A DNA stretch of 64,000 nucleotides, taken from positions 64,001 through 128,000 of the forward strand of contig CAWGMK010000007.1 of the NCBI GenBank assembly GCA_963823655.1. The letters run 5' to 3'. Both the position numbers and the translations under genes were made by a program. Numbering within the stretch: position 1 is the first letter of the stretch; every line of letters begins with the position of its first letter. The notes beneath the pieces are model-generated. The model was not told where the DNA came from and ran no database searches. It saw nothing but the letters and a program-made list of their open reading frames with translations. This document shows positions 10,331 through 19,415 of the stretch, one piece after another. The DNA is from an uncultured Bacillota bacterium (lineage in GTDB: Bacteria > Bacillota > DTU025 > MWDF01).

Positions 10331-10618
10331 TTAGTCGTCTTTTCTGACGATTAGATGGCGGATTACGCCGTCTGTGATCTTGAAGACGCGATCGAGCTCG
10401 GCGGCGAGCGTAGGCTCGGCGTCGAAATAGAGGATTGTGTAATAACCCTCCATATTACCGTCGATCTCGTACGCCAGTCTGCGCCTACCCATACGGTCTG
10501 TCTTGGTCACCACGCCGCCGTTGTTGACGATCAATTGATCGAACTTGGCGATGGTGGCCTCGGTCTTCTCCTCGTCGAACAGAGGGGAAATTATGAACAT
10601 GCATTCATAGGCTCTCAC
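10331..10618 (-). CDS. rpsF: 30S ribosomal protein S6
   Basis: MRAYECMFII...GRRRLAYEI...VIRHLIV. Confidence 0.97.
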   Translation of the reverse strand: MRAYECMFIISPLFDEEKTEATIAKFDQLIVNNGGVVTKTDRMGRRRLAYEIDGNMEGYYTILYFDAEPTLAAELDRVFKITDGVIRHLIVRKDD

Positions 10619-10624
10619 TGACTA

Positions 10625-10672
10625 TACACCTCCCTTCGGACAAATGGCCCCGCAACAAGTGCGGAGCAGGGC
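10625..10672 (-). ncRNA. S6:S18 ribosomal protein leader (autogenous control element)
   Basis: Minus strand reads CCCUGCUCCGCACUUGUUGCGGGGCCAUUUGUCCGAAGGGAGGUG directly before rpsF; the stem pairs with the SD and has the GGCC/CCG pattern of the Bacillota S6:S18 leader. Confidence 0.75.
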
Positions 10673-10679
10673 AACATAT

Positions 10680-10708
10680 AGTTTAACATCTAGGGTGTCT
10701 ATTGGCAA
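10680..10708 (-). promoter_or_regulatory. SigA-type promoter for rpsF-ssb-rpsR
   Basis: TTGCCA-N17-TAAACT with an extended -10 TG, immediately upstream of the leader RNA. Confidence 0.6.
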
Positions 10709-10802
10709 ACCACAAAAACATGCCTGCATAATTGGCATATTTGACTCTTTGTACGCGGGCCTTTGGTGGAATTATCCGGTCTGTTAGAGCTCAATTGACG
10801 AA

Positions 10803-11333
10803 CTACAATTTCTCGGCAGATTTGTATATGCTTTCGATCTCTTTCCTGTCCATGGCCCTGTTTATAAGAAAAGCGATTGCGAAAATGCCGACGAAACTTA
10901 ATCCCAGCCGCGTTAGGGTGAATTTCGTTCCCATCGAGGCTAGCTCGAAAAGCAGCATGGGTATCTTCGTAGTGGACCATGCGCCCATGAAGATGAGGAC
11001 GTTCGAGAATTTCACGCCTTTGCGCATGAATACTGCCGCTATCGGAAATGCAGCGTACAGTGGACCTGCTGCGGCGGAACCCAGTATTATGGCAAGAACT
11101 ACGCCGAGCAACCCCGACTTCTCACCCATGAACTTGATCATGGTCTCCCTGGGCACCCAAACGTCGAGCAGGCCAAGCAAAACGAAGATGGGCGGCAGGA
11201 CCTGAAGCATCTCCTTTAGGGAAAATAGGGTCGTGTCCACAGCCTTCACGCCTGCCGGCTTATCTATTAGATACAGAAGCCCGGTCGCCAGGATCATGAT
11301 GATTAGGAACATGTACCTCTTAAGCTGTTTCAT
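10803..11333 (-). CDS. Predicted permease half-size subunit (DUF318/ArsP-like)
   Basis: Hydrophobic; LDVWVPRE, AAAGPLYAAFP, GAWSTTKIPM. Confidence 0.75.
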   Translation of the reverse strand: MKQLKRYMFLIIMILATGLLYLIDKPAGVKAVDTTLFSLKEMLQVLPPIFVLLGLLDVWVPRETMIKFMGEKSGLLGVVLAIILGSAAAGPLYAAFPIAAVFMRKGVKFSNVLIFMGAWSTTKIPMLLFELASMGTKFTLTRLGLSFVGIFAIAFLINRAMDRKEIESIYKSAEKL

Positions 11334-11830
11334 ACTCTTCCCACCACCTTCCCTATTACGAAGGCGACAAAGAAAGAGAAGACGAATGCCAGGAGGTTTC
11401 TCATCAGGGCGGCCTTCCTGCCGAAGTACCTGATCTCAAGCGGAAGGGTGACGACGCCTACCATCATAAGTGATGAAATGAAGGCACCTATCTGCATGTA
11501 ACCGGCTCCACCCTGAAGGAGCATGGAAGACAAAGGGAATGCTATGAAGCCGGGTATCAGGGTTATCGCGCCGACCAAAGATGCGAGAAGCACCCCGAGC
11601 CAGCCCGAGGAGCCTCCGATTATCTTGCTTATGATCTGCGGGTTCAGGATTGCCAGCACTATGCCTATGAGCACGAATATGCCCAAAAACTGCGGCATGA
11701 TGTTCTCAAAAGATTTCCAGGCCTTCATCAGCGCCTTCTTGGTTTTCTGGCGGTCTTTCAAGAAAGATGCCAGGACCAGGGCTATGGCCACTGAATAGAG
11801 TATGATGTTCTGCATATCGGGCCCTTTCAA
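11330..11830 (-). CDS. Predicted permease half-size subunit (DUF318/ArsP-like)
   Basis: Hydrophobic; ITLIPGFIAFPL, LMMVGVVTLPLE; 4-bp overlap with its partner gene. Confidence 0.75.
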   Translation of the reverse strand: MKGPDMQNIILYSVAIALVLASFLKDRQKTKKALMKAWKSFENIMPQFLGIFVLIGIVLAILNPQIISKIIGGSSGWLGVLLASLVGAITLIPGFIAFPLSSMLLQGGAGYMQIGAFISSLMMVGVVTLPLEIRYFGRKAALMRNLLAFVFSFFVAFVIGKVVGRV

Positions 11831-11886
11831 AGCGAAGATTTTGCTTCGACGTACCGCCGTCGTATTACTCGATATTACCTGAGTTC

Positions 11887-12333
11887 CTATAAAGCCGCCA
11901 GGTTTTCGGGCATGCCCTCTACGAAATGCCTTATCTCGTCCCTCACCCTGCGGTAGTGGACAAGCTCTTCTTCAAGGGTTTTGGCGCCCTTGGCAAGCTG
12001 CGGCGGATCATCGAACCCTTTGTGCAGCACTTTTGCCTTGCCCGGGAAGAACGGGCAGTTCTCGTTGGCATGTCCGCAAAGAGTAATGACGTAATCGAAT
12101 TCCATAGTCGGCAGCTCGGAAACTATTTTTGAGCGTTGGGCGGATATGTCCACCCCCGCCTCCTTCATGACAGCAACCGCTCTTGTGTTAAGGCCGTGCT
12201 TTTCTATGCCGGCCGAATACGCCTCGATTGACGCTGTCTTAAGTGCCCTGGCCCACCCTTCCGCCATCTGGCTCCTGCACGAATTTCCGGTGCAGAGGAA
12301 GAGTATCCTGGTCTTTGAGGTTTGCTCTTTCAT
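11887..12333 (-). CDS. arsC: Arsenate reductase, thioredoxin-dependent (LMW-PTPase fold)
   Basis: CTGNSCRSQMAEG, TLCGHANENCP, FDDP. Confidence 0.92.
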   Translation of the reverse strand: MKEQTSKTRILFLCTGNSCRSQMAEGWARALKTASIEAYSAGIEKHGLNTRAVAVMKEAGVDISAQRSKIVSELPTMEFDYVITLCGHANENCPFFPGKAKVLHKGFDDPPQLAKGAKTLEEELVHYRRVRDEIRHFVEGMPENLAAL

Positions 12334-12378
12334 CTGTCAACGAGCTCCTTTTCCATGATCGAACCCATAAACATTGCT

Positions 12379-13437
12379 TTACTTGGCCTTGGCAGGAAAC
12401 CATCCCTTTGTTGCGTTGGCGATCTTCACTAATGTAAGCATCACCGGCACTTCCACAAGCACACCAACGACAGTGGCGACGGTGGCTCCGGAGCGAAGCC
12501 CGAAAAGGGATATGGCGACCGCAACAGACAGCTCGAAGAAGTTGGACGCGCCTATCATGCCGGCAGGGGCCGCTACGTCATGCGGCAGCCTCCATGCTTT
12601 GGCCCACAGATAAGCGATGAAGAATATCAAAAACGTCTGGATTATTAGAGGCACTGCGATCAGGAGTATGTTGAGGGGATTCTCCACGATGATCCTGCCC
12701 TGGAACGAGAATATTATGACCAGGGTAAGCAGGAGCCCCGATATAGTCACATTGCCGAATTTCGGGATGAACTGCTTCTCAAAGTAGTCGAGCCCCTTCC
12801 TGCTAGTTATCATGCTCCTGGATAACCAGCCTGCGCCCAGGGGAATGACTACGAAGAGCACGACTGACAGGAAGAGAGTCGCCCAGGGGATAGCTATGTC
12901 GCTGATGCCAAGAAGCAAACCGACGATCGGAACGAAGGCTACCAGTATTATCAAGTCGTTGGTGGCAACTTGAATCAGCGTGTATGCAGGGTCCCCTTTT
13001 GTTAGGTGGCTCCATACGAAAACCATGGCGGTACAAGGGGCGGCTCCCAGGAGCACAGCGCCCGCAAGATATTCTTTGGCCAGTTCAGCTGGTATTAGGC
13101 CTTTGAATATTACGTAGAAGAAGAGCAATGCAATGCCGTACATCGTAAACGGCTTGATAAGCCAGTTGGTGACCCAGGTGATTATTAGCCCCCTTGGGTT
13201 CTCCCCCACCTTCTTGATGCTCTGGAAGTCCACTTTAAGCATCATGGGATAGATCATGAGCCAAATGAGTATTGCCACAGGGATGGATACGTTTGCATAT
13301 TCGAATTTGCTCAAGAATTCCGGGACTTTAGGCAGGTAGACTCCTATTGCGACTCCCGCTGCCATGCAAAGCGCCACCCATACAGTAAGGTACTTCTCGA
13401 AGAAACCTATGCCGGATTTCCCTTCAACTTTTCCCAT
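12379..13437 (-). CDS. acr3: ACR3-family arsenite efflux transporter
   Basis: FEKYLTVWV, IYPMM, GAAPCTAMVFVW, SNFFELSVA, VEVPVML. Confidence 0.95.
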   Translation of the reverse strand: MGKVEGKSGIGFFEKYLTVWVALCMAAGVAIGVYLPKVPEFLSKFEYANVSIPVAILIWLMIYPMMLKVDFQSIKKVGENPRGLIITWVTNWLIKPFTMYGIALLFFYVIFKGLIPAELAKEYLAGAVLLGAAPCTAMVFVWSHLTKGDPAYTLIQVATNDLIILVAFVPIVGLLLGISDIAIPWATLFLSVVLFVVIPLGAGWLSRSMITSRKGLDYFEKQFIPKFGNVTISGLLLTLVIIFSFQGRIIVENPLNILLIAVPLIIQTFLIFFIAYLWAKAWRLPHDVAAPAGMIGASNFFELSVAVAISLFGLRSGATVATVVGVLVEVPVMLTLVKIANATKGWFPAKAK

Positions 13438-13494
13438 GCCCTATCCGCCTTTCGGATTGCCGCGGCATGTAGCCGCGACATGTTTTGTGCTTTG

Positions 13495-13737
13495 CTACTT
13501 TGCTTGCCTTTCCAGGATTTTTACGACCTCGGCAGGTTTGAGAACTTTGCCGAACGATACCACTTTTTCATCGATAACCATCGCCGGTGTGGACATCACC
13601 CCATAGGAGATTATCTGCTGGATATCGGTCACTTTCTGGACTTCAGCGACAAGGCCCATTTCATCCAGGGCGGTCTTCACGTTATCTGCCAGCACCATGC
13701 AATTTTTACAGCCGGAACCGAGTACTTTTATTACCAT
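13495..13737 (-). CDS. Small redox-active disulfide protein (MTH895/thioredoxin-like)
   Basis: IKVLGSGCKNC...YGVMSTPAMVID. Confidence 0.9.
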   Translation of the reverse strand: MVIKVLGSGCKNCMVLADNVKTALDEMGLVAEVQKVTDIQQIISYGVMSTPAMVIDEKVVSFGKVLKPAEVVKILERQAK

Positions 13738-13832
13738 TTGATTATGCCCCTTTCGATTCTCAGAATTTGGCAGCGGCTCATTGCTGCAAACAGTGTCAAT
13801 TTATATGTCTCGCTGTTACAGGCCTTGCCGGA

Positions 13833-14097
13833 TCAGTTGCAGCAATCCCCGGATTTCCCGCCGCAATCACATGAGCAGGGCACGGAATTCGTCGCTCTTA
13901 TCTCCTACATAGGAAATCGCCCCGACAGGGCATAGCTTTTGGCACCCATGGCAGCCTTGCACGCACCCGTCTGGAAATATCACTACTGGCACAGGTGCTT
14001 TTGCCACGTCATATACTTTGTGCCGGCAGAAGCTTGTACATGTACCGCACTCTGTGCAAAGCGAATAGTCTATTACCGGATACCATGTTTTTGACAT
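13833..14097 (-). CDS. 2x[4Fe-4S] ferredoxin with a Cys-rich tail that is out of frame as assembled
   Basis: CTECGTC...C and CVQGCHGCQKLCP. The called ORF stops at 13867, but an adjacent frame continues TNSVPCSCDCGGKSGDCCN* to 13833. Confidence 0.8.
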
Positions 14098-14141
14098 CGC
14101 TGTTTCCTCCTCAGCAAAATTCTCGAGCCTTTTACGAAAAG

Positions 14142-14681
14142 TTATGGATTTACGCCCATTTCTTTGAGCACAGAAAGAAGCTGACTTTTAGTCATTCCTC
14201 CTTCATGTCTTGTGAATAGATGTTCACCGGTGGCCTTGTTGGAATAGTAGCTCATCATATATGCGACAGGATCGGCTGGCACGAATGGTTTGCCATCGCT
14301 GCCTATGAACACTTGTGTAGGTATAAGCCTTATCGGGAATCCCTTATACAATGATGAATACTTCAAAACATCTACGAATTTTATGATCGCCTTACCGCGA
14401 AGTGTCTCGTTAAGCTCTTTCAGCACCGGCGCCATGTCTTTGCATGCGGTACATGAATCCGAGCCAAAATCTATGATTATGGGCAGTCCATATGACTTCA
14501 GTTTCTGCAGGTCGATTGGATTGGTTACGATCAAATCGAAATCGGGGTTGCTTTTTGGAGCCGCGTTCTCCATTTCATTTAACCCGGCTAAGCTTCCAAG
14601 GTTAATAGTCAGTACAAATCCAACTATTATAAGCGCCATTATCGATATGATGCTGGCTCTTATGCCGCGACTTTTTTTCAT
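14142..14681 (-). CDS. Membrane-anchored thioredoxin-family protein
   Basis: RBS GGAGG before ATG 14681, N-terminal TM segment, DFGSDSCTAC, IPTQVF. Confidence 0.85.
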   Translation of the reverse strand: MKKSRGIRASIISIMALIIVGFVLTINLGSLAGLNEMENAAPKSNPDFDLIVTNPIDLQKLKSYGLPIIIDFGSDSCTACKDMAPVLKELNETLRGKAIIKFVDVLKYSSLYKGFPIRLIPTQVFIGSDGKPFVPADPVAYMMSYYSNKATGEHLFTRHEGGMTKSQLLSVLKEMGVNP

Positions 14682-14767
14682 AGCGTCCTCCTTAATACCG
14701 GGACAAATATCGATTTTCTGTACATCGCTTTGCGCCAACCGCTTACGATCGTCTTTTCAACCTATCC

Positions 14768-15784
14768 CTATACAATCAGAAGATATGCAAATGCATTGAA
14801 CAGATAGCCAATTATGATTATCCCCAGCGTCACTATGCCCACGAAGAAGGCCAACAGCTGTATCTTCACGACTTTCTTAAGCATTATCATCGAAGGTAGC
14901 GACAGCGCGGTTACGCCCATCATGAATGAAAGCGCAGTCCCCAGCCCCACGTTGTTCATAACAAGCGCTTCGGCAATAGGAAGGGTCCCGAAGATATCAG
15001 CATACATCGGTACCCCGATCAGCGTGGCCAGCGGCACGGAATACCACTTGTCCATTCCTAGAAGGGCATTAATTATGTTTTGAGGTATCCAGTTATGAAT
15101 AGCGGCCCCTATGCTAACACCGATCAATATGTAGAGCCAGACCCTTTTTACTATGTCGACAACCTGCTTTAGGGAGAAGTCGATCCTGTCTTTTGTCGTA
15201 AGCTCCTCCTGGTCCACATCAAGCACCTTGTTTCCCATAACGAAGGGCTCGACGTACCTTTCAAGCTTCAGCTTGCTTATCAATGTGCCGCCGATTACGG
15301 CCAATACCACACCTACGAACACATAGGCTAGCGCGATCTTCCAGTTGAAAATGCTCGCAAGCAGCAGAACGGATGCGAGGTCCACAAGGGGGGATGAAAT
15401 AAGAAACGAGAAAGTCACGCCTATCGGCAGACCGGCGCTGGTAAAGCCTATGAATAAGGGTATAGAAGAGCACGAGCAGAATGGCGTCACTGTGCCCAGT
15501 AAAGCGCCTACGATGTTGGCCGATACCCCCTTGAACCTGCCCAGGATCTTCCTGGTCCTCTCAGGAGGGAAGAAGCTCTGGATGTAGGAGATTGCGAAGA
15601 TCAAAAGGGACAGCAGTATGAATATCTTGATCGAATCGTAGATGAAGAAGTGAACGCTTGCGCCCACCTTGCCCTCTAAATCAAGCCCAAAAACCCTTTC
15701 GACTAAGGAGCCAATGAGCGATTTAAGCCAATCCATCCTGAGCATCTGATTATTGAGCCAACTTAGTACCGCCACTAAAAACAC
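14768..15784 (-). CDS. ArsP/DUF318-family permease
   Basis: TPFCSCSSIPLF, FLISSP, GAAIHNWIP, PMYAD, LSLPS. Confidence 0.88.
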   Translation of the reverse strand: MFLVAVLSWLNNQMLRMDWLKSLIGSLVERVFGLDLEGKVGASVHFFIYDSIKIFILLSLLIFAISYIQSFFPPERTRKILGRFKGVSANIVGALLGTVTPFCSCSSIPLFIGFTSAGLPIGVTFSFLISSPLVDLASVLLLASIFNWKIALAYVFVGVVLAVIGGTLISKLKLERYVEPFVMGNKVLDVDQEELTTKDRIDFSLKQVVDIVKRVWLYILIGVSIGAAIHNWIPQNIINALLGMDKWYSVPLATLIGVPMYADIFGTLPIAEALVMNNVGLGTALSFMMGVTALSLPSMIMLKKVVKIQLLAFFVGIVTLGIIIIGYLFNAFAYLLIV

Positions 15785-15786
15785 CC

Positions 15787-16134
15787 CTAACAGCTTTTAT
15801 CTTCGTTTTGTATTGCTTCTTCCTTCATGAGGGATCCTAAGAAGTCCTCAATCAAGCCCAGCTTCTTCCGGTCCAGCGTATACTTCATCCAGACGCCTTC
15901 CCTCCGGCTGATGACAAGGCCGCTGCTTTTAAGGGTTTTCATATGGTGTGAAAGGGTTGGCTGAGTGATTTTGAACTCCTCGAGTATCTTGCATGCGCAA
16001 AGCTCCCCCTTGGTGAGCATGACCAATATCCTAAGCCTGGTCTCGTCAGCAAGGACCTTCATAAGGTAAGCATATTCCGCATATTCGTACTTCAAATCCG
16101 ATACCGCCTTTTCTATTTGGTTATAGACCGTCAT
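15787..16134 (-). CDS. arsR: ArsR/SmtB-family metalloregulator (true start probably TTG 16095)
   Basis: KVLADETRLRIL, ELCACKI, TQPTLSHHMKTL. Confidence 0.92.
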   Translation of the reverse strand: MTVYNQIEKAVSDLKYEYAEYAYLMKVLADETRLRILVMLTKGELCACKILEEFKITQPTLSHHMKTLKSSGLVISRREGVWMKYTLDRKKLGLIEDFLGSLMKEEAIQNEDKSC

Positions 16135-16168
16135 CTATATTATATACGGGTATAGACGCCCGTCAATA
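16122..16168 (-). promoter_or_regulatory. ars promoter with two putative ArsR operators
   Basis: Minus strand TTGACG(16161-16166)-N16-TATAAT(16139-16144). Inverted repeats TATAGA-N6-TCTATA (16122-16139) and TATAGA-N6-TCAATA (16151-16168). Confidence 0.65.
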
Positions 16169-16500
16169 TATCCCTGTTAAAGTCCAACTTATGGAAATTA
16201 CCTCAAAGGCTCTTAACGCTCTTTGCTTCGGCCTCTAAAGAATATTTGTGACAATTGTCCGTATTCATATACAGGTATCCGCAAAACACTTAGAATAATG
16301 ACTAAACAATTCGATTCAGCACCGCAAGCGTTCATGGCGATCCCGGAAATCGGGCCGGATATGCCTCTGTTATCATATAGATACAATTGCATACTCCCTG
16401 CATTAGAGCAGTATGTTTTGCAGGCCTCAATTTACAATTGTGAAATGCTGAATTAATATGTCTTTATTGGAACAAGCAAAACAAGAAAGGAGAGGAATTT

Positions 16501-17736
16501 ATGTTTTCCAGGAAGGTGTTAATCGCCGTATTCATCCTGGCAGCCGTGCTCGCACTGGGCGCTTTCGCCCTGCAGACCGGCGCCGATGATACCAACAGCT
16601 GCGTGGACTGCCACACCAACCCCGCCGTGATGAAGGCAATGGTTGTGGTGCCCAAGCTGGGCGGCGAAGCAGGCGAAGGCTGAGCGGGCCCCCCTCCCCC
16701 GGTCAGGGCGGAAGATTACTATTTGGGGTTCGTAGTCAGCAAGACTGCATTGGAAGAGGACGTCCACATGATGATGATGGCCTGCGCCGATTGCCATTCG
16801 GGCAATCCCGAAGCGAAGGCTAAAGCAGATGCCCATACTGGCTTAGTCAAGAGACCCTCAGACAATATCGAAACATGCGCAGGCTGCCATTCGGATCAAG
16901 CCGCGCATTATGAGACCTCCCTCCATTACACAACTGCAGGCTTCAGAAACGGGGTCATGGAGAGATTCAGCGCGGAAGAGCTCGCAAAATATGACGAGAA
17001 GGTATTCGAGCAGAGCTGCCGCAGCTGCCACGCCGCTTGTGGCGATTGCCACGTAAAATCTCCTATAGTCTCGGGTGTTAACCTGGGCCTGATCAATGGG
17101 CATGACTTCGTAAAGAAGGACGAGGCCAAGACCTGCGCCCTCTGCCACGGCGGAAGGGTGTTTACGGAGTTCACAGGCGAATACGGCGGAACGCCGGATA
17201 TCCACTATCAGAAGGGCATGCTTTGTGCAGACTGCCACACGGCTGATGAGATGCACGGGGACGGGACCGCGTATGACAGCCGCAGGGACGTGGCAAACAG
17301 GCCGCAGTGCGTAAATTGCCATCCGCTTGCTGCCAGCAGCGCGAACTCCAAAGACGCCCACGAAGCGCATCAGTCGTCGCTTTCATGCACGGCCTGCCAC
17401 ACTTCGGCCGAATACAGGAATTGCAAGAGCTGCCATGTAGGAGAAGGGGCTACTTCATTCCCCGCGCTCGTCCTCGGTAAAAACCCCAGGAACCCAGAGC
17501 AGGTGACAACGCTGAGGCTTGTCCCCACAGTGCGCTCGACATTCGAGAAGGCGGGCATAGAGCAGGTCAATTTCGACACTCTCCCCAATTGGTGGGACAC
17601 TGTGCCACATATGACGAAGAAGCGCACGGACCGCACGAAGGACTGCGCCGTATGCCATTCGGAAGGCACTTATTACATAACCAAGGACATGTTCCCGGAG
17701 GACGGCTCAAAGGCCAATGAGGGCCTTCTGCATTAA
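16501..17736 (+). CDS. Exported multiheme (11 CxxCH) cytochrome c, probable selenoprotein with UGA at 16681-16683
   Basis: ORFs 16501..16683 and 16723..17736 share a frame and are separated only by one TGA (GEAGEG*AGPPPPVRAEDYYLGF). The signal peptide and 1 CxxCH lie before the TGA, 10 CxxCH after it. Confidence 0.8.
16695..16712 (+). promoter_or_regulatory. Candidate bacterial SECIS hairpin
   Basis: UCCCCC-[GGUCA loop]-GGG(C)GGA; the G-first apical loop begins 17 nt after the UGA. Folded by eye only. Confidence 0.5.
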
Positions 17737-17761
17737 AAATCAAATCATCGGAGGTAAAGCA

Positions 17762-18637
17762 ATGAAGAAGTATGTAGTGATCGTTCTTGTGGCCATGATG
17801 GTGACACTAGCCGGCGGAATCGCGTCCGCCGCGGACTTCAATGCTCTGGTCAGCACTTCCTGGCTGTCAGCCAACCTGACAACCCCCAATCTAGTGATCC
17901 TCGATATCCGTGCCGTCGCAGACTATAAGGCAAGCCACATCCCGGGCGCCGTAAACGTCATCTACGGGGCGCTTTCCGTAAAGAAGGGCGTTTTGGCAAA
18001 TGAGATCCCCGACCTGGCAGACCTTCAGGACATGCTGCAGGATGCCGGCATCAACAAGGACTCCACAGTAGTAATCTACAGCGCCAAGTATTCCAAGGTT
18101 GATTCCTTCGCAGGCATATATGACTCGCTTCGCATCTACTACACGCTCAAGTACGCAGGAGTCGCCAGCGTTGGCGTGCTCGACGGCGGCTTGGACAAGT
18201 GGGTCCTCGAGAAGAAGGCCGTTACTGCTGACGCAACAGTGGTAAAGACCGGCAACTTCGAAGTCAAGGCGAACGAAGCCATAATGGCCACCAAGGAAGA
18301 AGTCCTGGCTGCAGTCGGCAAGGACGTCGTAATCGTAGACGTAAGGGATACCGCGACCTATGATACAAAGCATATCAAGGGCGCCGTAAGCGTCCCCTCC
18401 GCATTCGTATTCAACGATGACGGCACAATCAAATCAGCACAGGAGCTGGCCCTCTATTCCGTGCCCAAGATCGGCACCGACCTCAAGCAGGCTATCATCA
18501 CCCATTGCGTAAGCGGGCGCACCTGCAACGCGTGGACCTTCGTCCTTCTTGAGATGCTGGGCTATAAGAACGTCGCAACATATGACGGATCATCACAGGA
18601 ATTCCCGGCGATACCGAGCCTTCCGATGGTACCGTAG
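17762..18637 (+). CDS. Exported tandem-domain rhodanese/sulfurtransferase
   Basis: RBS GGAGG, signal peptide ending ASA, LVSTSWL, HIPGAV, LDGG, active loop HCVSGRT, YDGS. Confidence 0.9.
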   Translation: MKKYVVIVLVAMMVTLAGGIASAADFNALVSTSWLSANLTTPNLVILDIRAVADYKASHIPGAVNVIYGALSVKKGVLANEIPDLADLQDMLQDAGINKDSTVVIYSAKYSKVDSFAGIYDSLRIYYTLKYAGVASVGVLDGGLDKWVLEKKAVTADATVVKTGNFEVKANEAIMATKEEVLAAVGKDVVIVDVRDTATYDTKHIKGAVSVPSAFVFNDDGTIKSAQELALYSVPKIGTDLKQAIITHCVSGRTCNAWTFVLLEMLGYKNVATYDGSSQEFPAIPSLPMVP

Positions 18638-18660
18638 CCTAAACACAAGCGCCAATGATT

Positions 18661-18692
18661 AGGGCCTCCTCGTATAAATGAGGAGGCCCTTT
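18661..18692. terminator. Terminator hairpin between the rhodanese gene and livF
   Basis: AGGGCCTCCTC-N8-GAGGAGGCCCT followed by TT. Confidence 0.75.
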
Positions 18693-18713
18693 CTATTGTA
18701 GAAGCCGTTATGA

Positions 18714-19415
18714 TTATCTTCCCAAGTACGCCTTCTTGACCATGGGATCTTTCGCCAGGTCCGAGCATTTAGCTTCCATCACAATGCGCCCTGTCTCAAG
18801 CACGTAGCCTCTGTGGGCGGTCTTAAGCGCCTGATACGCATTCTGCTCTACCAGAAGGATGGTGGCATCCTTTGCGATTTCGGCTATCTCCTTGTAGATC
18901 TCCTGGACAAGGACGGGGGCAAGGCCCATGGAGGGCTCGTCCATCAGTAGCAGCTTCGGCCTGGACATCATTGCGCGCCCGATGCAAAGCATCTGCTGTT
19001 CTCCTCCAGAAAGAGTACCAGCCATCTGCTCGCGCCTTTCCTTCAGCCTCGGGAAGATGTGGAAAACCCTATCCCTGTCCCCTTCTATCTGCTTATGGTC
19101 TTTCCTCAGGAAGGCTCCGAGCCTCAAATTCTGATCAACCGAAAGATCATAGAATATCTTGCGGCCTTCCGGAGCGTGGCCTATGCCTGCTGCTACGATG
19201 TTATGCGGGGCCATTTTGGCGATGTTGATATCGTTGAAGCTCATGTTCCCGGACTGGGACTTCACTATTCCCGATATCGCCCTCAGCAGAGTCGACTTAC
19301 CTGCCCCGTTGGCGCCTATTATGGTGACTATCTCGCCCTCTTGCACGTTGATGGAGACCGAGTCCAGGGCGTGTATTCCGCCGTAGTAGACATGAAGGTT
19401 CTCAATCTTCAGCAT
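18714..19415 (-). CDS. livF: Branched-chain amino acid ABC transporter ATPase
   Basis: GANGAGKST, LSGGEQQML, DEPSMGLAP, VEQNA. Confidence 0.93.
   Translation of the reverse strand: MLKIENLHVYYGGIHALDSVSINVQEGEIVTIIGANGAGKSTLLRAISGIVKSQSGNMSFNDINIAKMAPHNIVAAGIGHAPEGRKIFYDLSVDQNLRLGAFLRKDHKQIEGDRDRVFHIFPRLKERREQMAGTLSGGEQQMLCIGRAMMSRPKLLLMDEPSMGLAPVLVQEIYKEIAEIAKDATILLVEQNAYQALKTAHRGYVLETGRIVMEAKCSDLAKDPMVKKAYLGR

Noticed and set aside
13867-13869. TGA ending the ferredoxin as a second selenocysteine codon
   Set aside because: Read-through gives LRREIRGLLQLIRQGL with no redox motif; a frameshift into the Cys-rich tail explains it better.
16245-16450. TTGTGA half-sites and CAATTG palindromes upstream of the cytochrome gene (Rex-like)
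   Set aside because: No full TTGTGAA-N4-TTCACAA site; they could be chance matches in AT-rich DNA.
16723-17736. Independent cytochrome gene starting at TTG 16723
   Set aside because: It has no signal peptide and only a weak RBS, and it is in frame with the upstream signal-peptide ORF.
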